DNA from: Veillonella parvula
Lineage (GTDB): Bacteria > Bacillota > Negativicutes > Veillonellales > Veillonellaceae
DNA: 64,000 nt
Direction: 5' to 3'
Assembly (NCBI RefSeq): GCF_032577575.1
Contig: NZ_JAWFVO010000003.1
Span: 122,793-186,792 of the forward strand
Positions within the stretch are counted from its first letter, which is position 1. Each line of letters opens with the position of its first letter. Below, one piece after another: positions 11,119 to 21,283 of the stretch. Under the pieces are notes generated by a model. That model searched no databases. It saw only the letters and a program-made list of their open reading frames with translations, and was not told the origin of the DNA. Both the position numbers and the translations under genes were made by a program.

Positions 11119-11296
11119 AAATTGCTATAAAGTTTTAAAGACAAAAATAACCACTCTTATTTATAGGGTGGTTATTTTATGTAATGAAGATTTTCCTTCT
11201 TTGGTTAGTCTAATATATTTAAAGTGTTGATCTTCATCTTATTTTTATGATCTAATAGAGATAAGTTAAACTAAATTTTGGTATGGGGAGGATATC

Positions 11297-13138
11297 ATGG
11301 CTGAAATTACGTCCTTAATGAAGGATATTAAGGGGATATTAGATAATAAAAATCAATTTGTTATACCTGATTTTCAACGGAGTTTTGTATGGACAGATAA
11401 AGATGTAGATACACTTTTTTCTGATTTTAAGGAAGATACAGATAATTACACGGATAGGCTTGATACGTTACCTGGGTATTTATTAGGCAATATTGTTTTG
11501 ATTAGCAATGAAAATAATCCGACTAGATTTGATGTGATTGATGGTCAGCAAAGGCTTACAACATTAACGCTCATTTTCTGTGCATTAAATAATTTATTTA
11601 TGGATATTGCGGAAGAGACGCGTCGAAATTTAGGTGCCAATGCAGATATGTGGATGGGGCATACATTTAGCTTTAAAGAGTACTTTAGAATACTAGATAA
11701 TAATTTACAGTTTGTAGATTATAAGATTCTTCATACTCAGGATTTAGATTTTAAAGAGACTTATAAAAGTATCATCAAACAAGGTGCTCTAGTGAGTGAT
11801 GAGGATAATACAAGTGCTAATAACTTAGAGGCTGTTTATGAATCTATTCTTCAGCATTTAAGAAGCATTTATGATGATGAGCCTCAGAAATTATTGTATT
11901 TCTTGCAGTATTTAACTACTAAAGTTAAGTTAATTGAAACTACAGCACCATCGATTGAACGTGCATTCCAGTTGTTTGAGATTTTAAATAATCGTGGTCA
12001 GTCTTTAGAGCCATTAGATCTTTTAAAAAATTACTTACTGAAAAATCTTACCTCTGCACCTGGCATTACACAGAATCAGATTAAGGACTTCTCTGACAGT
12101 TGGAGTCAGTTCTTGAAAAATCTGAAAGATACAGGCAAATCAAAAGCGATTGAAACATCTACTTTCATTAAACATTTTATTATTGGTACAAAAGCAATTA
12201 ATGTAAAGAAGAAGGATTTGTTTGAATATTTTAAAGATAATGAACTTGGAGCGAACGATATTTTGCAACTTTCATCAGATATCAATTCCATCAGTAAGGT
12301 GTATGCTAGTATCAATAGAGACCCACTATCTAATGATTTTTTATCCAATGATGATGGAATGTACACATTATTTACATTGTTTAATACAGTTCAAATTCAT
12401 CCGTTGTTAATGCCGTTCTATAATGCTACGCGTGTAGATAAGGTGAGACTTGTTGATGCGGCTGTGAGATATGTAGCAGCAGTGATATTTTCTTATACGC
12501 AAACGAATGCAATTGAAGCAGAATTGCCTGAAATCATTGAAAAAATATTACATGAATCTGATCCAGTGCGCAGACTAGAGGTTGCAGTAACCGAATTAGA
12601 GTCACGAACAAAACCATATGTTGACTTGATTCGTGCTTTGTTGCCTGTGAAAGATTTTGGCTCTAAAGACAAGAAAAAAGCACCAAAAGCATTCCAAATT
12701 CTTAAATTTATCGAGCTATACTTGAACCAAAGAGACAGTATAAAAACAAATAAAAAGATTGAGTTAGAACATATCATGCCACAAGCTGCAGATAACGAAA
12801 ATTATTCCTTTAATGATGAAGACACTCGAAAGGAATATCTGAATCATCTAGGTAATTTGACACTTTTAGATAAGAGTTTAAATGCCTCTGTTAAGAATGG
12901 TGACTTTGTTGAAAAATTAGATCATTATAAAGCCTGTGAATTTGTTATCACAAGAGCTTTGGCAGAGGACATAGAGAGCCCCGTTCAAAACCAACAACCT
13001 TTGGTTAACTTTCAAAATACATATTTTGCAGTGGATAACTCTGAACAAATAACATACTGGGATAAACCCCAAATCGATGAACGAGGTCAAAAACTCGTAG
13101 AAGTCTTGGAAAAATTACTATTAAAACAAGTTCCATAA
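11297..13138 (+). CDS. GmrSD-like restriction protein (DUF262 + DUF1524 HNH)
   Basis: IPDFQRSFVW, IDGQQRLTTL, FEILNNRG, LEHIMPQ, LGNLTLL..N. Confidence 0.9.
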   Translation: MAEITSLMKDIKGILDNKNQFVIPDFQRSFVWTDKDVDTLFSDFKEDTDNYTDRLDTLPGYLLGNIVLISNENNPTRFDVIDGQQRLTTLTLIFCALNNLFMDIAEETRRNLGANADMWMGHTFSFKEYFRILDNNLQFVDYKILHTQDLDFKETYKSIIKQGALVSDEDNTSANNLEAVYESILQHLRSIYDDEPQKLLYFLQYLTTKVKLIETTAPSIERAFQLFEILNNRGQSLEPLDLLKNYLLKNLTSAPGITQNQIKDFSDSWSQFLKNLKDTGKSKAIETSTFIKHFIIGTKAINVKKKDLFEYFKDNELGANDILQLSSDINSISKVYASINRDPLSNDFLSNDDGMYTLFTLFNTVQIHPLLMPFYNATRVDKVRLVDAAVRYVAAVIFSYTQTNAIEAELPEIIEKILHESDPVRRLEVAVTELESRTKPYVDLIRALLPVKDFGSKDKKKAPKAFQILKFIELYLNQRDSIKTNKKIELEHIMPQAADNENYSFNDEDTRKEYLNHLGNLTLLDKSLNASVKNGDFVEKLDHYKACEFVITRALAEDIESPVQNQQPLVNFQNTYFAVDNSEQITYWDKPQIDERGQKLVEVLEKLLLKQVP

Positions 13139-13349
13139 TGTGAAATAGGATAAACCTGTAGAGATGAATAGAACCATTTGTGTTATAGATCTTATAGTAC
13201 AAATGGTTCTATTATTATTTTGTCATATAATTTATGTGATATAATGAGTTTAGATTTATCCCTTTGAAAGCTAAATTTACGCCGTTGTTATAGTGGCGGG
13301 GTTAAACGGCATTATTTTAGTTCGCTAAAGTGCCTTTCGGGGCGGATTT

Positions 13350-13840
13350 GTTAAATTAAATAATCCCCATTAGGGGACGGAAACGGGATGTTTTCGCCCA
13401 TATGGTCTGCGACAATACGAGCCGCATCGTTAAATTAAATAATCCCCATTAGGGGACGGAAACAACTTAGGATATTGCTTTTCATCTTTCTTAACTACAG
13501 TATATGTTAAATTAAATGATCCCCATTAGGGGACGGAAACAATCTTAAATATGCAGATGATAATATATCAAAGCTCAATCTAGTTAAATTAAATAATCCC
13601 CTAATGGGGACGGAAACTTTACTATCATAGTTGTGGTATTCTCATCCTTCATACGATTAGGTTAAACTAAATAATCCCCATTAGGGGACGGAAACATCCA
13701 CCAGCTCGCTTTACCAGTAACAGCTATATAATGCTGGCGTATCCCCATTAGGGGACGGAAACGCTTGAATAGCTGAAACATTATTACGTTTCTTTTGGTT
13801 TTCTGGTTAAATTAAATAATTCCCTTATGGGGATGGTTCT
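13350..13840 (+). CRISPR. Array 2, family B, 7 repeats (one internally deleted at 13739-13762)/6 spacers
   Basis: GTTAAATTAAATAATCCCCATTAGGGGACGGAAAC variants. Confidence 0.95.
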
Positions 13841-14024
13841 TATGTCAAAAACTCATATAAGTACAGAAATATAGCCAGTATATTCTTTTTAGTGGATATA
13901 CTGGCTTTTTGTATAAATTAGATAGTTTTCTATTGGTTTTAATCAGAAATGAATATATAATGAAAACGATAGATTGTGGGTGTTATATATTCAGATATGC
14001 GTAAGATAGAAAGGAGGGATTTTA

Positions 14025-14795
14025 TTGTCTGATAATGTAGAGATTATGTCTATAGAGTTGGTTATAGTTGCAGATCTATCTATCAAAATTGTACAGTCTA
14101 TAGGTAGTGTTTTACATGGTGTACTAATGGAGTTTGTGGGAACAGAGTATGCAGGCCAATTACATGAGACTGGTTTACGTCCTTATAGCCAATATATTTA
14201 CTTTGATAAACATAAAAAACAATATATATGGCGTCTTTCAGCTGTAACAGCTGATGCAGTTAATCGTATAGTAAGACCTACGTTAGAAATGCCTGAGAAA
14301 ATCTTCTTAAAGCAAAAGCGAGGTTATTTATATATTAAAGATAGAACTATTTTGGAAGAAACCTCCTATGAGGCTTTGATACATAAGTTCTGGAGTAGTG
14401 ATGCATTCTACTCTCAGACTAAGTTACAGTGCATGAGTACCACAAGTTTTAAAGTAGATCAGCAATATACAATCTTCCCCGAAGCATTTCGTATATACCG
14501 CTATTTATTACGTCAATGGAATCAGTTTAGTACTTCTGGAACGATGGATACGGATTCCCTATTAGGTGCTCTTGAAGTTGGCGTATTTATCCGAGATTAT
14601 AATCTACGCATGGGTATATATGGACTTGAAGGTATAAAAATAAGAGGATTCCGAGGTCAAATTGTTATGCAATTTAAAAGAAATATAGAATTGCAAAAAA
14701 TTTTGGCACTATTGAGTTATTATAGTCAATTTACTGGACTTGGTATTAAAACGGCACTTGGTATGGGTGGTGTGAAGTGTGAAATTATAGAATAG
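14025..14795 (+). CDS. cas6: CRISPR endoribonuclease Cas6 (III-A-like)
   Basis: LHGVLM, RPYSQY, C-terminal GLGIKTALGMG G-loop; TTG start after AAGGAGG. Confidence 0.92.
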   Translation: MSDNVEIMSIELVIVADLSIKIVQSIGSVLHGVLMEFVGTEYAGQLHETGLRPYSQYIYFDKHKKQYIWRLSAVTADAVNRIVRPTLEMPEKIFLKQKRGYLYIKDRTILEETSYEALIHKFWSSDAFYSQTKLQCMSTTSFKVDQQYTIFPEAFRIYRYLLRQWNQFSTSGTMDTDSLLGALEVGVFIRDYNLRMGIYGLEGIKIRGFRGQIVMQFKRNIELQKILALLSYYSQFTGLGIKTALGMGGVKCEIIE

Positions 14796-15055
14796 TTTCC
14801 ACTAGAAATATATGAATGTTAAAAAGCTAATATTCATATATTATTGGCTTTATCTGAATTTATAGATAGAGTTTTTCGTACAGTTTTACTTGTTTATCTA
14901 GGTATAGTAGATAGTATCTTAATTGTCTAAATATGGTATTAAATGAGAAGAATTGACATGGATATTATGGTATGGTCTTAGACTAAGGGTAATAAGGGTA
15001 GATGATTGATTATATTTTTCTTTAAACTCAAATGAAAAGAAAATGAACTTAATTG

Positions 15056-15237
15056 TTGACGTAAAATCTATAAACCCTTATAATAACTGTGATCTTAGAA
15101 AAATCATTTACCACTAGTATTTACCTATGCTCATCGACATTTTAGAGCCAATGGGAGTACAATTTGACCGTTTACGGTGTGAGGTTTGCCAAAACCTATT
15201 TTTGAGACCCATGAATACTGGCTTTTTAAGACACGCT
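15056..15237 (+). promoter_or_regulatory. Family-A CRISPR leader with sigma-A promoter
   Basis: TTGACG-N17-TATAAT at 15056-15084; same leader starts at 23941, 26062 and 43121. Confidence 0.9.
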
Positions 15238-15770
15238 GTTGCAACAGTGCTTACCGTTTACGGTATTGAAACTCATAGGAGGAAATATCATGACACATGT
15301 AGTATTTATCGGTTGCAACAGTGCTTACCGTTTACGGTATTGAAACGCGCGGTATTCCGATACTATCACCAGTAATCGAGGAGTTGCAACAGTGCTTACC
15401 GTTTACGGTATTGAAACCTAGAAGATTCACCGACATCATCAGGGATATCGACGTTGCAACAGTGCTTACCGTTTACGGTATTGAAACTTACTAGGAATCC
15501 CTAACACTTCATTTTGAATATGAGTTGCAACAGTGCTTACCGTTTACGGTATTGAAACTATCATTATAAGAGAATTTATCATCGGTATCCTGAACGTTGC
15601 AACAGTGCTTACCGTTTACGGTATTGAAACGCTTCATAAACTGCGATAACACACATAATAATTCTCGTTGCAATAGTACTTACCGTTTACGGCATTGAAA
15701 CTTCAAGTATGTTTCGGTTTTCGCCAATGATTCTTTTTGCATGTTGCAACAGTACTTACCGTTATGATAT
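15238..15770 (+). CRISPR. Array 3, family A repeat GTTGCAACAGTGCTTACCGTTTACGGTATTGAAAC, 8 repeats (last degenerate)/7 spacers
   Basis: 35-nt repeats ending ATTGAAAC. Confidence 0.97.
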
Positions 15771-15895
15771 ATGTCGCAGACTGTGAGGTAGAAGCGGCAC
15801 AGCGCAACGATGAAATCCCCATACTGCAGTTATCTATACAGATTGAAGGCAAATAAAGGTGATAAGGGGTTGTACTATATTTTCATTTCTAATAG

Positions 15896-15930
15896 AAAAC
15901 GAGTGAATTTTTTGATTCACTCGTTTTTTT
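15896..15930 (+). terminator. Intrinsic terminator after array 3
   Basis: AAAACGAGTGAAT/ATTCACTCGTTTT hairpin plus U tract; homolog at ~25097-25130. Confidence 0.75.
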
Positions 15931-15932
15931 AG

Positions 15933-15977
15933 TCTTAGTTTTTTTGAATTTGGTTATATTAGATTTCATCCTATACT
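15933..15977 (+). promoter_or_regulatory. Shared non-canonical promoter motif (copy 1 of 6)
   Basis: TCTTAGTTTTTTTGAAT-N22-TATACT; same spacing at 23439, 25134, 25228, 26759, 37954. Confidence 0.75.
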
Positions 15978-16103
15978 AAAGATGTAGCCGATAAGCGGTA
16001 ATAATTTTAATATGCTTAGGGTATCTTAGTTTTGTATTAAATCATTGGTAGCTTGTTGGGGATTGTAGAAAATATGTATAGTGTTAGGTATAGGAGGTAG
16101 TAT

Positions 16104-16133
16104 ATGAACGTTAATAGGAATGGATTATTCTAA
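16104..16133 (+). CDS. Micro-ORF MNVNRNGLF (9 aa)
   Basis: TAGGAGGT RBS. Confidence 0.45.
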   Translation: MNVNRNGLF

Positions 16134-16170
16134 TAATAGTATATTTAGTTGTAATGATAGGAGGGATGTT

Positions 16171-16239
16171 ATGTCGCCTTTAGCAGTGGATTCTGCAGTA
16201 GCAGTGTTAGTAGCGGTGCTTGATGCACTTGAAGAGTAA
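16171..16239 (+). CDS. Hydrophobic micropeptide MSPLAVDSAVAVLVAVLDALEE (22 aa)
   Basis: AGGAGG RBS; hydrophobic core with acidic tail. Confidence 0.6.
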   Translation: MSPLAVDSAVAVLVAVLDALEE

Positions 16240-16287
16240 TTTTATTTATGTATGTTGATCGGTTAAAGTTTGTAAGGTGGTGATATT

Positions 16288-16320
16288 TTGAGTAAGTATA
16301 GAATTGGATTAGAAAAGTAA
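16288..16320 (+). CDS. Micro-ORF MSKYRIGLEK (10 aa, TTG start)
   Basis: AAGGTGGTGA RBS; resembles MTCRIGYLKL at 25313. Confidence 0.35.
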   Translation: MSKYRIGLEK

Positions 16321-16540
16321 TTATTTTGTTAAATTGTATAGACAGTTAATCATATGTCCGGCTTCATACTATCTCGAACAGAGCGTAGTAAGTGACCTCG
16401 GGTTTTTGGATTCGTTAAGTTTTAGTACATAGTATTATTGTATAATTGGTGTAGATTTTGATTTGGATACAAGAAAGTTAAAGGACCTAGTGCATAGAGA
16501 TATGTGACTAGGTCCTTTTAATCATATAATTTTATAAATA

Positions 16541-18910
16541 TTAGATACTAGGGGCATGAATGAGTGCTGTTTTATAAATTGTTTCTAGTTGCTTTTTTAA
16601 CGGACTATCATCTGTAATTCGGACTGCACAGCCTAGTTTTAATAAATGTCGTAAGATATCTATTTCCTGGAAGGGAAGATAGCTAACTTCAATGGTAAAC
16701 TCTTCATCGTTGATATCTTTAGCTTGAATTGTATAGTTGCTAAAATAGTTAAAGCAACGATCAACTGCATTATTTGCATCGTGCAAGGTAAATGTTACGG
16801 TTCGCTTTGATTCATCTCTATAGTTAGCATATATAGTTTCTATATTTTCTAGTCGTGGTGCAGCCGTTTTTATGATATTAGATTCATTGCGTAGTGGATA
16901 GTCTAAAAAGGTATCCGTTGCATGGTCATAGGCAATAAGCGTATAGCCATTGCTTCCTACAGAGTATTCTATCCGACAAGGAGATAGCTCCTTATCTTGA
17001 ATCATGATACGTTCGTTATTTTGGATAGCTTGTAAGCACTGGGTGATTACTTGCATTGTTAACGGAGTATCGTTTGTCATGGTTGGAACACGTGTCCATG
17101 ATCCTTTTGGAAAGGTAGTGTCTACAGTTTTTAATTCAGTAGATAATATTTGACATAGCTCTGGTGAAAGCAGCCAGTTAGCTCGAGTATCAGAAATGAG
17201 GTCCTTTAAGAACATTCTTTCAGCATCAGAGATAATAACAAGAGGTAAATCTGGAAGAATAGACTCAACCTCTTCGCCATTTTCATTCGGCTCTACTAAT
17301 GCATCGGCTAGGAATTGCTCATAATCATCATTCCGCAATGTTTTTTTGTATGGGGCTGGCGTGAGCAGCCTACGATGATTAATTAATCCTTCTATATCTT
17401 GTTTTGTATGGACAACACCATTAATTAAGTCTAATTGCAATTGGTATTGTGTCGTAAAGGTAATAGCATTGATATCGTTTAAAACGGATGATACATAGGT
17501 ACCATCTAAGTCTTTGTCTTTTTTAGTTCTGTTATTATCAGATTCTTTTCTTTGGAGTGGATGAAGAAATCGATTAATTTTCTTTCGCTTTTTATATCCT
17601 TCTGGTTCTACAAAATCTATATTTAAAGAGGCGTATAAATTATTGTAGAATTTATCCTTAATACTGGATTTGTTTGTGTATGTAATATATACATAAGGTA
17701 AATAGCTACGTAATTGCGGTAATAATTGTAATGCATCTGGTACTTCTAGTTGCAATTCTATATATTCATCTGTTCTTGAGAGCATTGTTAGTGACTCTTT
17801 GAAATGACGAATAAATTTATCGTAGACCAACTCATAATCTTTTAAGGTCAAGAAGTGAATGATACAAGTATCAAATGTTTTATCTCTTGTTTGTATTTTT
17901 GGTACAGTATTAGTACTGTTATATTTTGTAACCTCAAGAGACTTGATGCGATCAATACGATTCCATTGGATACGTCCATTATTAATACTACATAGCATAT
18001 TTTTATTTTCCCCATAATAGGTTTGTAACGCTAATGGACTAACGATTTCCCTAGGTTTCCCAGATTCATAAAAGGATAGACGCACCTTTTTTTGTCGATG
18101 TAAGGCATCGGCTAAAGGGTAGAAAATATCTCCATCAATTACATTATTTGGATTATTATCCTTGAAAGAAAAATATGTATTATTAAAGTCATAGTACATA
18201 GACTTTTGTTGGTCTTTTAAAGAAAAGTCATTAATTAAATACATAATTTTCTTGAGTAAGATATGACCTGCTGCTGAAGTAATAGAAACATTAGTATAAA
18301 AGAATACTGCCATTGCTAGCTCTTGCAACTGCTGTTTTGATAGTTCCTCTATAATAGTTGGTTTTATTGAATATGTATAGCCTTTTGTGAGCTCTGTTTT
18401 GGTGATAGCACCTAAAATTTCTAAAGTCTTTACTTGGCGTTGAATATATTGTTGGTCAATAATGCAAGGGGGCTCTTGTTTTTTATTTCGTTGCTCATAT
18501 AGGTTTTTTACTAAATCAATATAGTGATCCAAGTATGGTTCTTGGTTTAAATTAGTATATAAATCTGTAATAGTTACATCATCGTTTGCTCCAATATATG
18601 ATAAGATGCAGAGCTGTACATAAATTTGTTCTGGAACGGCAGCATATAATTCATATAAATTGTTAAGATAATTATAGCCATCTATAAAATCATCTTTTGC
18701 CAAATGATGAATGGATGTTTTCCCAATTCTTTGCGTGTAAATGTGACGTATGATATCAAAATAATCAAGGCGACGAATCACATCGTCGTGCTGACTTTCT
18801 TTGATACCACGAACTGTTGCTTTACCTCTATTATGGTTCCCGAAGGTTAAGCTGCGGATAAATTGGCGCATACTAGCTAAATCATTTAGATAATTAGTTG
18901 TTGTTGCCAT
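16541..18910 (-). CDS. Large double-WYL transcriptional regulator (PafBC-fusion-like)
   Basis: Two WYL-like segments (ALHRQKKVRLSF..VSP..RIDRIKSLEV; AIQNNERI..SPCRIEY..YTLIAY) and WCX-like ends (LLKLGCAVRI...LK); RBS AAGGGAG before ATG 18910. Confidence 0.75.
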   Translation of the reverse strand: MATTTNYLNDLASMRQFIRSLTFGNHNRGKATVRGIKESQHDDVIRRLDYFDIIRHIYTQRIGKTSIHHLAKDDFIDGYNYLNNLYELYAAVPEQIYVQLCILSYIGANDDVTITDLYTNLNQEPYLDHYIDLVKNLYEQRNKKQEPPCIIDQQYIQRQVKTLEILGAITKTELTKGYTYSIKPTIIEELSKQQLQELAMAVFFYTNVSITSAAGHILLKKIMYLINDFSLKDQQKSMYYDFNNTYFSFKDNNPNNVIDGDIFYPLADALHRQKKVRLSFYESGKPREIVSPLALQTYYGENKNMLCSINNGRIQWNRIDRIKSLEVTKYNSTNTVPKIQTRDKTFDTCIIHFLTLKDYELVYDKFIRHFKESLTMLSRTDEYIELQLEVPDALQLLPQLRSYLPYVYITYTNKSSIKDKFYNNLYASLNIDFVEPEGYKKRKKINRFLHPLQRKESDNNRTKKDKDLDGTYVSSVLNDINAITFTTQYQLQLDLINGVVHTKQDIEGLINHRRLLTPAPYKKTLRNDDYEQFLADALVEPNENGEEVESILPDLPLVIISDAERMFLKDLISDTRANWLLSPELCQILSTELKTVDTTFPKGSWTRVPTMTNDTPLTMQVITQCLQAIQNNERIMIQDKELSPCRIEYSVGSNGYTLIAYDHATDTFLDYPLRNESNIIKTAAPRLENIETIYANYRDESKRTVTFTLHDANNAVDRCFNYFSNYTIQAKDINDEEFTIEVSYLPFQEIDILRHLLKLGCAVRITDDSPLKKQLETIYKTALIHAPSI

Positions 18911-19078
18911 TATTGACTCCCTTTTAAATATGTACATTCTCGACTGTACAAAATAATTCTTAATTATGAATATAACATGATACAATATAAAATGTAAGGA
19001 TAAAATTCGAGGTTAGGTTCTGATAATGCACGGATGACCAAGTGTAGTTAATCAATTAATGTAGGTTTGGTGAAAGCT

Positions 19079-21223
19079 ATGGCAATTCATAATATATTTT
19101 TATCTTTTTTGAGTAAGGTGTCTAATACGAGTATAAAGACGATTGTAAATACAGATATGGAAGATGCTATTCGTAGTAGCATTGCCACGAATGAGTCGTC
19201 TTTGAAATATATTTTATACCATACATGGAAGGATGAAAAAACAAGAGATATATCCTTTGATAAGATATATTTATTATGTACTGATGGTGTAATGGCACAT
19301 CAAAGTAATAGCCCATCATCTTATGATATCTTTGTTAATCAAATGTGTAAGTTTTATAACGTGATGGGCCACAATGAGCAGGCCTTTTTAGATGCTCTTG
19401 ATCATGTCCCATGTGGTACAGACTTAGATGATATTAGTCGTATTAAGTCTAGCATCATTGAGATGTCAAAGAAGATTCTTGACTTTAAAGATACTTTCAC
19501 CAATGATAAAGATGAGGTCCGCCTCTATATGGATATCACTGGTGGCCCACGCAATGCAGCTATGATTCTCCTTGTTATTAGTAGACTGCTCGCCTATCAT
19601 GGTATCATTGTTGATGATGTATATTACTCTGGTTATAAGGAGATTGAGAACGGCCCAGGAGAAATTACAGTTCATAAAGTGCTAGATATTTATGAGCTAT
19701 TTGATATTATTGCAGGATTTGAAGAGTTTAAACTATTTGGTAGTGCCAAAAAATTAAATACTTACTTTAAGTCACCTGAAAATATTGGAACAGGTAATAT
19801 TGAATCGACTGCTACAGCTACAAAAAAATTGCTAAAAGCTATGGACAGCTTTTCAGAAGCTATTAATATTTCAAGCCGTGGAGCATTTGAAAAATCTATA
19901 GCTCGTCTTGATGATAGCTTAGCCTTAGTACGTAGCATGGCAAATAATACAGATAACAATAAGACCTTTGACCAAGAATTGATTGAATTATTGCACAAAC
20001 CTATTGAGCAGTCGTATACTACACTTTTACAACATCATCGCAATCATGCTTCTGATGAACTAGCCTATATTGACTGGTGTTTAGATCATGATTATTTACA
20101 ACAAGCACTTACCTTATTTTGTGAATATGTACCGGAATACGCAGTAGATAAAGGTATTATAGAGTGTAATCCACTTGTGTTTAATGCATATTATGAAGAT
20201 ACCCTACAGAATAAAGAAAAGAGATTGCTACAAGCTGCTATAAAAGCATGGAATAGAGCGGGGAATCATATCCAGTTTAGTACATTTTATAATGTAGTCA
20301 TGCCCGATCATGATAAAAAAACTTCTGAAAAAGATGTACGGTCTATGCCTATGCGCTTATTCAATTCTATTAATAACGCTCGTATGCAAAACTTGGCGGC
20401 TATGATAAATACAAAAAAAGATAAAGTAGCTCCTAATATCGATAAAGTAATTACTTATTATATTAAATTCGTAAGAAACGAAAAAAAGAAAATACAAATT
20501 GTTGAAAGAGACCTCCAAAAGCAGAAAGAACGTATTCATCTGATGGTGGATGAAGAAACTACTAAACTTAGAGAAAAATGTGAGGTTCTTTTAAATCAAT
20601 ATGAGTTTACACTTTATTTACAAGACGATAGATATGCTGAAAATTATACATTATTAGAATATATCTCGTTTTTGCAAGATATTCTTGAAAGTGCAGAGAA
20701 TGTAGAAACCTTTAATAATATCTTAGAGTCATTACGTAAAAATATAATATCTGAAGTCTTAAGTAAAGAGGAATTTAAAGAGTATATTATTTGTGATGCA
20801 GATAATTCTTCATTTAGGTTGAAAAAAACAAGTATGTTAGCGCGTAATGTGGTGTGTAATGCTATATTAAATCATTTAATTGCAGAAAAGAAATATAAGG
20901 CTTATAAAAGTTTGATTATGCATCAGTTACCAGATACTAAAGATAGTGCGGTTACTACGGCTGAGCTTTTGTTATCACAACAAAAGCCTAATCATAGAGG
21001 GGTTCCTTTATTTGAGGTCTCTGGTGTGTACATTCCACATGTTCTATTAGATGATATAGCTAAGACTATGAAGTTTATTGAACAATACTTTGAGATAAAA
21101 AAAGCACGTAATGATAGTAATCATGCAAATAAAGAAGCATTATGTAAATATACTACTTCACAAGAATTGCTAGATGAGATGCGTAAATGTGTGGCAATGG
21201 CAAGAGAATTGAGTAGAAAATAG
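19079..21223 (+). CDS. CARF-HEPN (TM1812/Csx1-Csm6-like) cOA-activated nuclease
   Basis: CARF motif YMDITGGPRN; HEPN RNDSNH. Confidence 0.85.
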   Translation: MAIHNIFLSFLSKVSNTSIKTIVNTDMEDAIRSSIATNESSLKYILYHTWKDEKTRDISFDKIYLLCTDGVMAHQSNSPSSYDIFVNQMCKFYNVMGHNEQAFLDALDHVPCGTDLDDISRIKSSIIEMSKKILDFKDTFTNDKDEVRLYMDITGGPRNAAMILLVISRLLAYHGIIVDDVYYSGYKEIENGPGEITVHKVLDIYELFDIIAGFEEFKLFGSAKKLNTYFKSPENIGTGNIESTATATKKLLKAMDSFSEAINISSRGAFEKSIARLDDSLALVRSMANNTDNNKTFDQELIELLHKPIEQSYTTLLQHHRNHASDELAYIDWCLDHDYLQQALTLFCEYVPEYAVDKGIIECNPLVFNAYYEDTLQNKEKRLLQAAIKAWNRAGNHIQFSTFYNVVMPDHDKKTSEKDVRSMPMRLFNSINNARMQNLAAMINTKKDKVAPNIDKVITYYIKFVRNEKKKIQIVERDLQKQKERIHLMVDEETTKLREKCEVLLNQYEFTLYLQDDRYAENYTLLEYISFLQDILESAENVETFNNILESLRKNIISEVLSKEEFKEYIICDADNSSFRLKKTSMLARNVVCNAILNHLIAEKKYKAYKSLIMHQLPDTKDSAVTTAELLLSQQKPNHRGVPLFEVSGVYIPHVLLDDIAKTMKFIEQYFEIKKARNDSNHANKEALCKYTTSQELLDEMRKCVAMARELSRK

Positions 21224-21283
21224 GATATTTAATATAAGAGGCTATAGATAGTAATAATCTATAGCCTTTTAGTTTTTATGAAA

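Noticed and set aside
13923..13961. TAGTTTT upstream of cas6 and of cas1 (45209) as members of the shared promoter motif
   Set aside because: Spacing is 33 not 36, TGAWT is missing, and a normally spaced -35 is present
15272..15292. Spacer sharing two 11-mers with the reverse complement of 38047-38068
   Set aside because: The blocks are in permuted order and are generic RBS/ATG sequence; not a credible self-target
15127..15375. ORFs over leaders and arrays (also 9762, 10544, 23928, 24414, 24490, 26133, 43192, 44318, 44775, 63681)
   Set aside because: Translations of leader and repeat DNA without an RBS; their mutual similarity reflects leader homology
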